A stretch of DNA of 64,000 nt from Planctomycetota bacterium (GCA_021851715.1 JAJZCR010000001.1:7517-71516), one strand, 5' to 3'. Positions 10,309-20,369 are shown, counted from the first letter of the stretch. Notes: generated from the letters alone by a model not told the origin. Numbers and translations are program-made.

Positions 10309-12162
10309 CTACGCACCACCGCGCGATAAACAAGTGGCCAGGACTTCATATTCCCGGCCCATTGAGTGTTCATCGCTCACCGGCCCGCGGCCCATCCGGC
10401 GCGGCCAGGGCGCATCAACAGCGGCCCTGCGCCGGCTGCGGCCATCAGGCCCAGCGGAGCCGGTGGGCTTGGATGCGGCCGAGCTGAAATTGCCCAGTTC
10501 CAACTTTTTCTTGCCGGATTCCAGAAGCTCAAAACTGCCCGACCCACCGGTGATCTTGATTCGCGACCCCACGCTCACATTGGCAAAAGCGCCGGAAAGG
10601 CCATTGGAGAGCACGAAAGTGAACAGGTCGTTGGCGGTTGGAGTAAACCCGCCAACCAGGCGTACGGATAAATCGCCGCCCAAAGTGACCAAGCCGGCGA
10701 CGCCGGCACTGCCGGCATCGGCAGTCGTCGTGTCGAGAACGTCGTAGCCGTTGGTTTTCGTTCCCTGACTTGTACCCCCGATATCAATGGCCAGGGTGCC
10801 GGCAGTTTGTTTGTAATTGCCGCCGATGAGCGTTTTCCCCGTCGTCCCGATGCCGCCCACCGCCAGCGTACCCCCGGAATTGGTGAAGGTGCCGGCGCTG
10901 TTGGCGGTGGTAATGGGGGCGTAGCTAAGGCTGGAGCTGCACATCGCCAGCGTCCCGCCGGTAAACTTGAAGGTTCCCGTGAACCCGCCGCTGGTACCGG
11001 CGATTTCCGGCGTGGTAAGAGTGCCCCCCGACAGATTTACGGTGGCCCCCGTGCCAAGCTGCATGGCCTGGCTCTCCTTAACAGCACCGGTGCCTGCGAC
11101 GTGGAGAATACCCCCTGCCTGCAATTTAATCCCACCGACCGACAACGTGCCTCCGCTGACGCTCATCGTTGCGGTTCCGGGGTTGGTAGCGCCTTTGGCG
11201 AGGGTGCCGCCGCCGATGTAGTTGTAATTGCTCGAACAAACTTCAACCGTGCCGCCTGTTTGGGTATAATTGGAGACGCCCCTGGTTGCGCTACCGTCAA
11301 CGGGCTGCATGACAATCTGGTTGAGATAAACTTTCCCGCCGGAAATATCTGCGTTGGCCGTAGTGTTGGCTGCGCCTCCATCACCGCTCATAAAGAGGGT
11401 ATAGGTTTTCGTCAGATCGCTGCTATTACCGACCACGCCACCACTGACGTTGAGCGCTGCCGTGGTGGAACCGCGCTGGCTTGCCAGATAAATATGCGAG
11501 AAGTTCGCTCCTGGCGTGAGGGTGCCGCTGCTGACGTTCAGCGTTCCCGCCCCGGAGTAAGCCACCAGCAGGCCAGTTACACTGGGCGTGGTGACGCTAC
11601 CGCCGGTAACCCCAAAGGTTCCTCCATTTTTGACCATCACGTAATTGGAAGCGCCCAACGTTCCCCCAGAGATGTTCACGGTTCCGCCGCCGGAAAAAAA
11701 AGTGCCGACTTGCGAACCCTTTCCGGTTAAATCCAATGCACCGGCTCCGGAATTGGTGACGTTGACAGTGGCACCCTTAATGGGCGCGGCGATGGTATCG
11801 CCGGCACCCCCTGAATTTTCCGTGATGCTGCCCACCGTGAGCGCATGGCCGCCACCGCCGATGGTGTAGATATTCGTGCCCGCGGTGGCACCCAAAACCA
11901 GGCTGCTGATGGTGATCGCCTGGCTCAGCGAAATCGTCTGATGGCCGGTGAGGCCGCCGCTGAGATCAACTGCGTCGGTGGTCCCGTTTGGAAACGCGCT
12001 GTTGGGGCTCCAGTTCGTTTTCGTGTTCCAGGTGTAACGGCCGGCGCTGGCTGGTGTCCAGGTGTAAGTGGCGGCCACCGCGCCGGCGGACGTTACCCCC
12101 AGCGCCGCCCCGGCCATTGCCGCCAAAGCCAGCACTACCTTGATATTGAGTTTCCTGGACAT
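10309..12162 (-). CDS. Repetitive Gly/Thr/Ser-rich surface protein, paralog 1. Its PEP-CTERM-type tail is out of frame.
   Basis: MSRKLNIKVVLALAAMAGAALG signal peptide followed by TYTWTP...NWSPN and beta-strand repeat-like GGTL/VSGG units. The +1 frame from about 10475 to 10380 encodes PSPPAPLGLMAAAGAGPLLMRPGRAG, which is homologous to the PEP-CTERM tail of paralog 2. Confidence 0.6.
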   Translation of the reverse strand: MSRKLNIKVVLALAAMAGAALGVTSAGAVAATYTWTPASAGRYTWNTKTNWSPNSAFPNGTTDAVDLSGGLTGHQTISLSQAITISSLVLGATAGTNIYTIGGGGHALTVGSITENSGGAGDTIAAPIKGATVNVTNSGAGALDLTGKGSQVGTFFSGGGTVNISGGTLGASNYVMVKNGGTFGVTGGSVTTPSVTGLLVAYSGAGTLNVSSGTLTPGANFSHIYLASQRGSTTAALNVSGGVVGNSSDLTKTYTLFMSGDGGAANTTANADISGGKVYLNQIVMQPVDGSATRGVSNYTQTGGTVEVCSSNYNYIGGGTLAKGATNPGTATMSVSGGTLSVGGIKLQAGGILHVAGTGAVKESQAMQLGTGATVNLSGGTLTTPEIAGTSGGFTGTFKFTGGTLAMCSSSLSYAPITTANSAGTFTNSGGTLAVGGIGTTGKTLIGGNYKQTAGTLAIDIGGTSQGTKTNGYDVLDTTTADAGSAGVAGLVTLGGDLSVRLVGGFTPTANDLFTFVLSNGLSGAFANVSVGSRIKITGGSGSFELLESGKKKLELGNFSSAASKPTGSAGPDGRSRRRAAVDAPWPRRMGRGPVSDEHSMGREYEVLATCLSRGGA

Positions 12163-12275
12163 ACCATTAGTCTCTTTTCACGGCTGCTACGCACAACCGC
12201 ACGAAAAACAAGAGCCGGAGACTTTATATCCCCGGCCCTCCCGTTTTCATCACTCGCCAGTCGGCGGCCCGTCAT

Positions 12276-14162
12276 TCAGGCTCGGCGAGGGCGCATCAAT
12301 AGCAGCCCCACACCGGCCATGGCCAGCAGGCCAAGCGTCGCTGGTTCGGGTATAGACGTGCTTTCAAAATTCGACAGATAAAGTTCGTTGCCGGATTGTA
12401 AAAGCTCAAAACTTCCCGATCCGCCGATGACGCCGATTCGCGAATTCACCGCCACATTGGCAAAAGCGCCGGAAAGTCCATTGGAGAGCAGAAAAGCGAA
12501 CGCATCGGTCGCGGTCGGAGTAAACCCATTAACCAGGCTTACGGATAAATCGCCCCCCAACGTGACCAAGCCGGCACCGGCACCGCTGCCGGCATCGGCA
12601 GTCGTTGTGTCGAGAAGGTCGTAGCCGTTGGTTTTCACCCCCTGGTTGACTCCGCCAATGTCGATAGCCAGCGTGCCGGAGGTCTGATCGTAATTGCCGG
12701 CCAGTAACGTTTTCCCCGTGGTCCCCACTCCGCCCACCGCCAGCGTACCCCCGGAATTGGTGAAGGTGCCAGTGTTATTGGCGGTAGTAATGGGGTCGTA
12801 GCTCAGGCTGGAGTTGTACATCGACAGCGTTCCGCCGGTAAAGTTGAAGGTTCCCGTGAACCCGCCGCTGGCACCGGCGATTTCCGGCGTGGTAAGAATG
12901 CCTCCCGACAGATTTACGATACCCCCCGTGCTAAGCTGCATGGCTTGGCTCTCATCAACGGAACCGGTGCCGTTGACATTCAGAATACCCCCTGCCTGCA
13001 ATTTAATTCCACCGAGCGACAACGTACCGCCGCTGACGCGCATCGTTGCGGTTCCAGGAGTGGTGGCGGGGGAGGTGATAGTACCACCGCCGATGTAGTT
13101 ATAGTTGCCCGTATAAACGTCAACAGTGCCGCCCGTTTGCGTGAAATTGGAGGTGGCCGCGTTGGCACCACTGGCACCGGGCAGCATGACAATCTGGTTA
13201 AGATAAACATTACCACCGGAAATATTAACGTTCGACGTGGTACTCGCCGCGGCATCACCACTCAAATTGACGTGATAGGTTTTTGTGAGGTCGCTGCTAT
13301 AACCGAGCACACCACCGGTGACATTGAGCGATCCTGTGGTGGAGGAGCCTTGGTTGGCTATGTAAATCCCCAACCCGGAGCCGCTTCCCGGCACCAGGCT
13401 GCCGCTGCTCACGCTCAGCGTTCCAGCGCCGTTGTCACTGATCAGCATACCATTGGGGCTGGTCGTGGTTACGGCTCCTCCATTTACCGCAAAGGTACCC
13501 CCTATTTCGGCCCAGACCGAATAGATGCCTCCCGCAGTCAGCGTGCCGCCGGATACACTCACTGTCCCGCGCTCAGCGAAAATAGAACCCGTGGACGAGC
13601 CACCTCCGTCCAGCGCCAACGTGCCCGCCGCGTTGCCGGCGATCGAATCGTATTGGATGTAGTTGCCGCTGCCGCCGGAAAGCGTAAGCTTCCCAGAAAG
13701 CGTAAGCGTGCCCGCGCTGGAGTTGGTGATCACAAGGTTGTTGCCGCTTCCCGTGGAACCAGTGATCGGTGCGGCGATGGTATCGCCGGCGCTACCCAGG
13801 TTTTCCGTGATATTGCCGACTGTGAGCGCGTTGCCCGAGCCGCCGCCGACGGTGTAGGTGTTGGAACCGTCGCCGTTGGTGGCCGGGCTGCCCAACGTCA
13901 GCGCCGAAAGCGTAATTCCCCGGCCCAGCGAAATCACCTGATTGCCGACGATGCCGGGGGTGAGATAGGCCCCGTCGCTGGTCGCATTTGGAAACCCGGT
14001 GTTGGGGCTCCAGTTACTGGTGGTAGTCCAGGCGTAACTACCGCCAGTGGTTGGTGTCCAAGTGTACGTGGTTGCCCGCACGCCGGCGGACTGTACCGCC
14101 ATCGCCGCCCCGGCCACAGCCGCCGAAGCCAGCACTACTTTGAGATTGAGTTTCCTTGACAT
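12276..14162 (-). CDS. PEP-CTERM sorting-domain surface protein, paralog 2
   Basis: Start MSRKLNLKVV at 14162. The repeat architecture matches paralog 1. The C-terminus SIPEPATLGLLAMAGVGLLLMRPRRA is a canonical PEP motif plus transmembrane segment plus Arg cluster. Confidence 0.7.
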   Translation of the reverse strand: MSRKLNLKVVLASAAVAGAAMAVQSAGVRATTYTWTPTTGGSYAWTTTSNWSPNTGFPNATSDGAYLTPGIVGNQVISLGRGITLSALTLGSPATNGDGSNTYTVGGGSGNALTVGNITENLGSAGDTIAAPITGSTGSGNNLVITNSSAGTLTLSGKLTLSGGSGNYIQYDSIAGNAAGTLALDGGGSSTGSIFAERGTVSVSGGTLTAGGIYSVWAEIGGTFAVNGGAVTTTSPNGMLISDNGAGTLSVSSGSLVPGSGSGLGIYIANQGSSTTGSLNVTGGVLGYSSDLTKTYHVNLSGDAAASTTSNVNISGGNVYLNQIVMLPGASGANAATSNFTQTGGTVDVYTGNYNYIGGGTITSPATTPGTATMRVSGGTLSLGGIKLQAGGILNVNGTGSVDESQAMQLSTGGIVNLSGGILTTPEIAGASGGFTGTFNFTGGTLSMYNSSLSYDPITTANNTGTFTNSGGTLAVGGVGTTGKTLLAGNYDQTSGTLAIDIGGVNQGVKTNGYDLLDTTTADAGSGAGAGLVTLGGDLSVSLVNGFTPTATDAFAFLLSNGLSGAFANVAVNSRIGVIGGSGSFELLQSGNELYLSNFESTSIPEPATLGLLAMAGVGLLLMRPRRA

Positions 14163-14232
14163 ACAGCACTCTCCTTTCAAAAAAGAGCTAAATCGCAATC
14201 GGCCGGCGGCCACAAACCGCTGACACATTTGC

Positions 14233-15459
14233 TCAAACCTTTTGAGCCTTCCGTGGCCGCCGGATTCCAGCCGGCGCGCCGGCCCGGTCGATACCCTTAT
14301 CATCCGGTGCTGCCGCCGTCGCGCGGTCCGTCTCAACGATTTCGATATTCACTTCACTGCTTTCCGCCGCTTCTCCCTGTATGCGACTCAGCAGCATCTG
14401 TCCGAATTCCTGAACGAATTCATTGGGATCCACCTGTAATTTTACAATTGGAAACGGACTGGTCAGCCCGGAACCCTTGTTGAAATGCGTAACCACCAGC
14501 AGATCTTCCGGCACGCGAATGCCCAACTGACAAATAGCCATCGCCGCGCCCAAAAACAGCACATCGTCGCACACCACCAGGCCATCGGGTTTTTCCCGGC
14601 TGCTGGCCCAGATTTCCCGAAATTCCTCCCAGCCTGCGCCTGGCGCTCCAGGCGGAAGATCGTTGCGTATCCAAGATTGATTGACCGCCGCGCCCGCCGC
14701 TGCCAACGCTTTCTGAAAGCTGTCCAGCACCGGATCAGAACGCGGTACCCCTGGCAACCGCGGCTCCAGCCACTGCATCAACGCAATGCGCCGGCGGCCG
14801 TGCCGCAACAAGTACTCCGCTCCCATCTGACTCTTGCGCGGGTCGTAAATCAGTGGACAGCAGGAACCCGATGGTTCATTGATTTCCCGGGAGCGGACTA
14901 CGGGAATGTCCTTCCCGCGCAGCAGCTCCAACCAGCCTGAGCCGGTCGGTTCATCCAGGGCCAGGACCCCGCGTATCTGGTGGCTGTCAAGCGCTTGGGC
15001 AAATTCGGTGCAGGTTAGATCGGCGCGCGGCGGCTCCGCATGGGAAACATCGCCTACGTACAACTTGGCGGAAAAGCCCTGCGCTTGGAAAAAGCGCACC
15101 AATTGCCGCGGCACATAACGGTAAAAATAGGAGGCGTGCGGATCAAAAATATCCCGCTCGCACCACACCGCCACATGCCGGCCCGCATTCCAGTCGCAAA
15201 CGTAGGTTCCACTGCCGGAACGGCGTTCCACCAGACCTTGCGTTTCCAGCACGCTTAGCGATTCCCGCACCGTCTGATAGCTTACGCCGAATCCCTTGGC
15301 CATCTCCATAATCGGGGGCATGATCTGGCCCGGCTTGTAATGGGCCATGATTTCCCGCCGCAGGACGTCCGTGATCTGCTTGGCCAAGTTGGACCGCACG
15401 ATAGACTGGGTTGTAAACGCCGCATTTTTCATCAAATTCTCACGATCATTTTTTTGCAA
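14233..15459 (-). CDS. Hybrid transcriptional regulator: GntR-type winged HTH fused to a LacI-like periplasmic-binding-fold sugar-binding domain
   Basis: N-terminal ...FGVSYQTVRESLSVLETQGLVERRSGSGTYV matches the GntR HTH. The remainder resembles a LacI/PBP type 1 effector domain. The true start is probably MKNAAF at 15432. Confidence 0.7.
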   Translation of the reverse strand: MQKNDRENLMKNAAFTTQSIVRSNLAKQITDVLRREIMAHYKPGQIMPPIMEMAKGFGVSYQTVRESLSVLETQGLVERRSGSGTYVCDWNAGRHVAVWCERDIFDPHASYFYRYVPRQLVRFFQAQGFSAKLYVGDVSHAEPPRADLTCTEFAQALDSHQIRGVLALDEPTGSGWLELLRGKDIPVVRSREINEPSGSCCPLIYDPRKSQMGAEYLLRHGRRRIALMQWLEPRLPGVPRSDPVLDSFQKALAAAGAAVNQSWIRNDLPPGAPGAGWEEFREIWASSREKPDGLVVCDDVLFLGAAMAICQLGIRVPEDLLVVTHFNKGSGLTSPFPIVKLQVDPNEFVQEFGQMLLSRIQGEAAESSEVNIEIVETDRATAAAPDDKGIDRAGAPAGIRRPRKAQKV

Positions 15460-15689
15460 ATTATAAAGCCAATAGCTGCTAACTAACTACAATATTAACA
15501 AAATAAATCACAACGTCAATCAAAAAGCCTCAAAACCCCGATGGCCGTCAGATCGATCTCAATTTTTGCACATCATACCACCCGTCACGCACACTGTCAA
15601 ATAATAAAACACTCACAACTAATTCTAGTAGCAATCGAGTCAATCGCTTTCCGCTGATAACGATACCGACCGTCCCACCGCATGTCAAA

Positions 15690-17327
15690 TCAAAATTTCC
15701 GCCAAGTCCGGCCTGCGGATCCGTTGCATTCAGCGCACCGCCGCCGGGGCCACAGAAAAACACCAGCCCCCAGCAGCACGAAAAACATCGTTCGCGGCTC
15801 GGGCACCGCCGTAAAATTCCAGGCCAGTGCGTAGTCGCCGACCGGATTGGCGGCCGTTGCCGAACCAAGCTCCATTACCGCCAGATCATATTCGCCTGGC
15901 GTCAGGCCCGTCAGGTCAAGTTGTTGCACGTTATCGATGGCGCTTTGACTCCACGCAAGTTGCCCGGAGGTGTTGAGCAAATACAAATAATAGTGCGGCA
16001 TCTTCAGAGTGCCGCCTGCCCAGGTGACATTCCAGTCCAAGGTGGCGTTTAAATTCCATAGGGTATGCGCGCCGCCAGTGAGGTCAAATGCGTAGTGATT
16101 AAGTTGATTGTTTCCGACGGTGGTGGAAATGGCGGCCAGATTCCAACCCTCCAGCGATGATTCAACCGGCCCAACCAAGTTAGCAACCGGAACGGCATTA
16201 ACCGGCAGCGATGTGGCACCGGTGGCGGCGTGTTCACCGGCGATCAGGTTTTCATAAGAATTGTAAACATTTACCACACCCGAACCATACCGCGGATCCA
16301 GCGGCGTAATGGCGAAATTCGTCGGCGCATTGTACGTGTAGATTCCATTACCGGCGCTGTAAGAATTGGTCCAGCCGGGCGGCTTCGTCGCGCCGTTCAG
16401 GAGCAGGGCCTTAATCGTGCGAATATCCGTAGCGGCGGTGGCGGTGCCGGCTCCGCCCAGCCCCTCAGCCCCGGCCTGAACCAGCAGAGTAGCCGCACCG
16501 GAAACAACCGGCGTGCTGAAGCTGGTGGCGGTGCCGGGAGCGGTAATATCCGGCTTAGACCGGCCATCCCACGTTGGCCCAATGCCGGAACCACCATTCA
16601 GAGCCGCCACACCGATACTGTTGTAAGCGTCACCGGGCGGGTTGATTTGGCTCGGCGGCGAGGTGAGCGTGCTCGAACCATCGCCGATCGCGGATACAAA
16701 AAGGGTATTATTGGCGGCGGCATAGTTGTCGTAAAGAGCGTCGAGAAATGGGATGCCCGAGGGGGAGCTGTTTTCATAAGGAAAGATAAAGCTCTGGTTG
16801 ACCACTTCGGGAGCGTTGGTCTGCCCGGTTGGAACCAGTGTTTTTCCACCCGATATCGTCGTCCATGATTGCGTTGCATCCCACACATAGATGCTCGACA
16901 CCCCCGGCGATACGCCATGGTATGGAGATCCCCCGTAAAATATCTGGGCGACGTCGGTGGCATGGTTGGATTCTTCAGTAGTGTTCTGCGTGGAAGCTAC
17001 GGTTCCGTTACCGTTTACAAAGGTAAACTTGGAGGTCGGCTGGCCGGTGGAACTGATGATGGGTTCAAATGCGTCCGTTGTGGTCGAAGTGCTTGCCTCC
17101 ACTTGGGCCACCGTAACGCCGGATCCGGTAAGGCCGGGTGCCACCTGCTGAAGCTCGGACAGGCCAATTTGCTGGTCCAGCGTCAGCGCCCCGTTCACTG
17201 GCGGCACGCTAACTGTCGCCACTGCGGCCACAGCCAACACGCAATTGTAGCTGGAACAGAGCACCAGCCTGCGACGGTTTTTCCCAGCCATTACGTTGGG
17301 CCAAAGAAAAGATATTTTCGTTGCCAT
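15690..17327 (-). CDS. S8 subtilisin-like serine peptidase with a PEP-CTERM sorting tail
   Basis: HATDVAQIF (His box), GTSFSTPVVSGAATLL (Ser box) and a C-terminal VPEPRTMFFVLLGAGVFLWPRRR. Confidence 0.75.
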   Translation of the reverse strand: MATKISFLWPNVMAGKNRRRLVLCSSYNCVLAVAAVATVSVPPVNGALTLDQQIGLSELQQVAPGLTGSGVTVAQVEASTSTTTDAFEPIISSTGQPTSKFTFVNGNGTVASTQNTTEESNHATDVAQIFYGGSPYHGVSPGVSSIYVWDATQSWTTISGGKTLVPTGQTNAPEVVNQSFIFPYENSSPSGIPFLDALYDNYAAANNTLFVSAIGDGSSTLTSPPSQINPPGDAYNSIGVAALNGGSGIGPTWDGRSKPDITAPGTATSFSTPVVSGAATLLVQAGAEGLGGAGTATAATDIRTIKALLLNGATKPPGWTNSYSAGNGIYTYNAPTNFAITPLDPRYGSGVVNVYNSYENLIAGEHAATGATSLPVNAVPVANLVGPVESSLEGWNLAAISTTVGNNQLNHYAFDLTGGAHTLWNLNATLDWNVTWAGGTLKMPHYYLYLLNTSGQLAWSQSAIDNVQQLDLTGLTPGEYDLAVMELGSATAANPVGDYALAWNFTAVPEPRTMFFVLLGAGVFLWPRRRCAECNGSAGRTWRKF

Positions 17328-17368
17328 ATAATTCCTTTTTTGCGAAATACATATTGAATAGCTAATAG

Positions 17369-17394
17369 TTGCGATTATTAGCTACAAATCTTAT
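17369..17394. promoter_or_regulatory. Perfect 9-bp inverted repeat TAGCTAATA-N8-TATTAGCTA upstream of the subtilase start
   Basis: Read directly at 17369-17377 and 17386-17394, about 45 bp upstream of the subtilase ATG in an AT-rich stretch. Confidence 0.4.
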
Positions 17395-18734
17395 GTTTAT
17401 TCTACGCCAATGCGCCGGCAAGGTCAACCCAACCTTCCCATCTCGGCAGAACAGCTTTTTGCTTTTTCCAGCCAGCGTGTCGGCGGCAGGCGTGTGGCGT
17501 GGCGCGTAGCGGTGGCGGCTCGACGTGAGGGCGAGTGCGGCGGGGTCGAACGGGCGGGTTCAAAACGGGCGATCCGGGGCATGACCACATGCCGCGTTCA
17601 GGAAGAGTTGAGTTGGATTTGAATGCGTTCGGCGGCGGTGATCGATTCGCGGGCGCGGCAAAGCACGCTTTCCACCCCAGATTCAATACCATGATCATGG
17701 CCAGATTGCGCCACATAAGCCGGTGATCTGCGTAATAAAGCTTCATCTCCGGGCTGATTTCTTCAGCATGAACCAACGCTGGAGATTCTTCGTTCATGTC
17801 AGGTTCGTCTCCTGATGCATCGAAAAAAACTAATTGATATCTAATACAAACTATGCTTACAGGCAACACTATGGCCGCCCGACCACCATATCAACTCTTA
17901 CATTGAACCAGGAAAGCGTACGGATGCATGACACGTTTTACATATGAGGAAATGGATAACGTCAGTGATGGCTGGGAACATGAATGCTCAAGGCCGCAGC
18001 CTATCGATTTTCACGTCCGAATAAAATTGACGTTACAAAAAGAATCTGATAAGATTAACAAGCGTGGAAAATCAAAATTGTCGGCTTGCGTGCCGGAACT
18101 TTTGAGTTTTTCCAAGATGTGACGTTTGAGTTGATACGGAGTGCGTGGCTTGTAAGGCCGATGTGGTTGCGGTGAACCTAAAAAAAGCATCCGCGACCAA
18201 TCCAGCACGCCGGTTAAAGTTTTCCCTGGGCAAAATAGAAAGCTATCAGGGAAGACCGGTTCGCCCGGCGAACCGAATAGATTGACGAATGGTGAACCAA
18301 CAGTGGAAAACAACCCCTACAACCCGCAATGGATGCTCCCTGGTGGACATGGATCCTGGCATCACATTGGGCCAAACATTCCAGGCCAGGCATCCTGGAA
18401 TGTTCGCCATGGAAAATTCATGGGCATGGGGTCGCCACCCAAGGTGTCAGTCGGTTGCGTCGCATCGGAAAGCATCAGTTCCATGATTCGCAATAAGATT
18501 GTCGGCTCCGGTGTCTTACCGGGATCGCCGCCGAGCCGGTGGTAATTTCCTCCATTTGTCATCTATTTTAATCATGCGTGACGGCGCGGGCCTGGTCAGC
18601 TTGACCGAACCTGCGCGATAAGCCGCCAGATCCAGTCAACCATTCGTCCGGCACGTTGCCGGGCGAACAGCCGCGGCTTTACAGTTTCGCTGTTCCATCG
18701 GACCGGGCGAAGCTGGTTTGAGTGAGGTTTTCTT

Positions 18735-20369
18735 ATGAGCCATGACGCCATGTGCAATCTTATATTCTTTTCCCTGGCGCACCGAGTTCTACCGGGACCG
18801 GCGGCTTTGACCATTCAGATTGAAGCCATCAGTGTGCTGGTGGGGCTGGTCGTGGGGGGGCTCATCGCCGGGGCGGTGATCAAGGTTTTGGGTAAATCGA
18901 CCCGAAATCGGCAGAAAACGCAGGCGGATGACGTGCTGGCCGATGCCGGGCGAAAGGCCGTGGATATTCTGCGGCAAGCGGAAATGTCCGCCCGCGATCA
19001 AGCCCTGAAAATAAAGGAACTGGCGGAAAAGGAGCTGGACGCGTTGCGGGAGGAATTGCGCACGCTGGAACAGCGCCTGATCAAGCGAGAAGACATGCTG
19101 GACCGCAAACTGGATACCCTGACCAGCAAAGAAAAAAATCTCGAGGCCATGGAACGTTCGCTCACCGACCGTACCCGCAATGTGCAGGCCAAAGAACAGC
19201 AACTGGATCAGTCGCTGGATCGACAGAAGGAACTGCTCATTCAGATCACCAACTTGAGCATGGAGGAAGCCCGCCAGCTCCTGCTGGCCCGTGTGGAAGC
19301 CGAGGTGCGGCGCGATATGGCCACCATGGTGGATAAAATAGAGGAGCAGGCCCGTGAAGAGGCCAAGCAACGCTCCACCAATATCATGCTTCAGGCCATG
19401 CAGCGGTACGCCGCCGAGGTGACCAGTGAAGGTACCACCAAGGCGGTGGCCATTCCCAGTGATGATATGAAAGGCCGCATCATCGGTCGCGAGGGCCGTA
19501 ACATTCGGGCGTTTGAACAAGCGACTGGTGTGGATGTCATCATTGATGACACCCCCGGTGTGATTACCGTGAATTGTTTTGATCCGATCCGGCGCGAAGT
19601 GGCCCGGCTGACCATGGAGAAACTGATCGCCGACGGCCGCATTCATCCGGCACGGATCGAAGAGATCGTGAAACTTACAGAAAAGGAAATGGAAAACAAC
19701 ATTCGGCAGATCGGCAAAAAGGCGACGCTGGAAGCCAATATCGGCGGGCTGAATCCACGGATTTCCGAAATGCTCGGACGGCTGCACTATCGCACCAGCT
19801 ATGGGCAGAATGTACTTAGGCACTCCATGGAAGTGGCCTTTTTATCGCAGATGATTGCCGATGAACTGCGCCTCGACTCCGCGTTGGCCCGGCGGGCCGG
19901 ACTCTTGCATGACATCGGCAAGGCCATGGACCATGATCAGGAGGGCGGTCACCCGGCCCTGGGTATGGAATTCTGCCGGAAATTCAACGAGCCGGAGGCC
20001 GTGCTTAACGCCATCGGTGGGCACCACAACGACATCCCCGCCACCTCGCCGTATACCCCCATTGTCATGGCCGCTGATGCCATCAGCGGCGCGCGGCCCG
20101 GAGCCAGGCGCGAAAGCCTGGAACGCTACATCAAGCGGTTGCAGGAACTGGAAGCCATCGCCACAAGTTTTCCCGGGGTGCGGCAGGCCTTTGCCATTCA
20201 AGCCGGGCGCGAGGTGCGTGTCATCGTGGATCCGGAGCGTTGTGATGACGCCACCGCCAGATTGATTGCCCGTGAAGTGGCCAAACGCATTCAAAATGAA
20301 ATGACCTTTCCAGGCGAAATAAGGGTCACAGTGCTGCGTGAGGTGCGGGCCGTCGAGCTGGCTCGATGA
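18735..20369 (+). CDS. rny: Ribonuclease Y
   Basis: N-terminal transmembrane helix, then a coiled-coil, a KH domain (GRIIGREGRNIRAFE) and an HD domain (LLHDIGKA...GGHH). The true start may be TTG 18807 (MTIQIEAISVLVGLVVGG). Confidence 0.85.
   Translation: MSHDAMCNLIFFSLAHRVLPGPAALTIQIEAISVLVGLVVGGLIAGAVIKVLGKSTRNRQKTQADDVLADAGRKAVDILRQAEMSARDQALKIKELAEKELDALREELRTLEQRLIKREDMLDRKLDTLTSKEKNLEAMERSLTDRTRNVQAKEQQLDQSLDRQKELLIQITNLSMEEARQLLLARVEAEVRRDMATMVDKIEEQAREEAKQRSTNIMLQAMQRYAAEVTSEGTTKAVAIPSDDMKGRIIGREGRNIRAFEQATGVDVIIDDTPGVITVNCFDPIRREVARLTMEKLIADGRIHPARIEEIVKLTEKEMENNIRQIGKKATLEANIGGLNPRISEMLGRLHYRTSYGQNVLRHSMEVAFLSQMIADELRLDSALARRAGLLHDIGKAMDHDQEGGHPALGMEFCRKFNEPEAVLNAIGGHHNDIPATSPYTPIVMAADAISGARPGARRESLERYIKRLQELEAIATSFPGVRQAFAIQAGREVRVIVDPERCDDATARLIAREVAKRIQNEMTFPGEIRVTVLREVRAVELAR

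Noticed and set aside
10309-14162. Repetitive glycine-rich units in the PEP-CTERM paralogs, considered as a possible CRISPR or other tandem DNA repeat
   Set aside because: The repeats are at protein level and degenerate. There are no regular direct repeats with unique spacers and no cas genes.
17402-17869. 155-aa minus-strand ORF in the subtilase-rny spacer
   Set aside because: It has Pro/Arg-rich low-complexity composition, no Shine-Dalgarno, and no motif. It is probably non-coding, though a small real protein from the MNEESP... start cannot be fully excluded.
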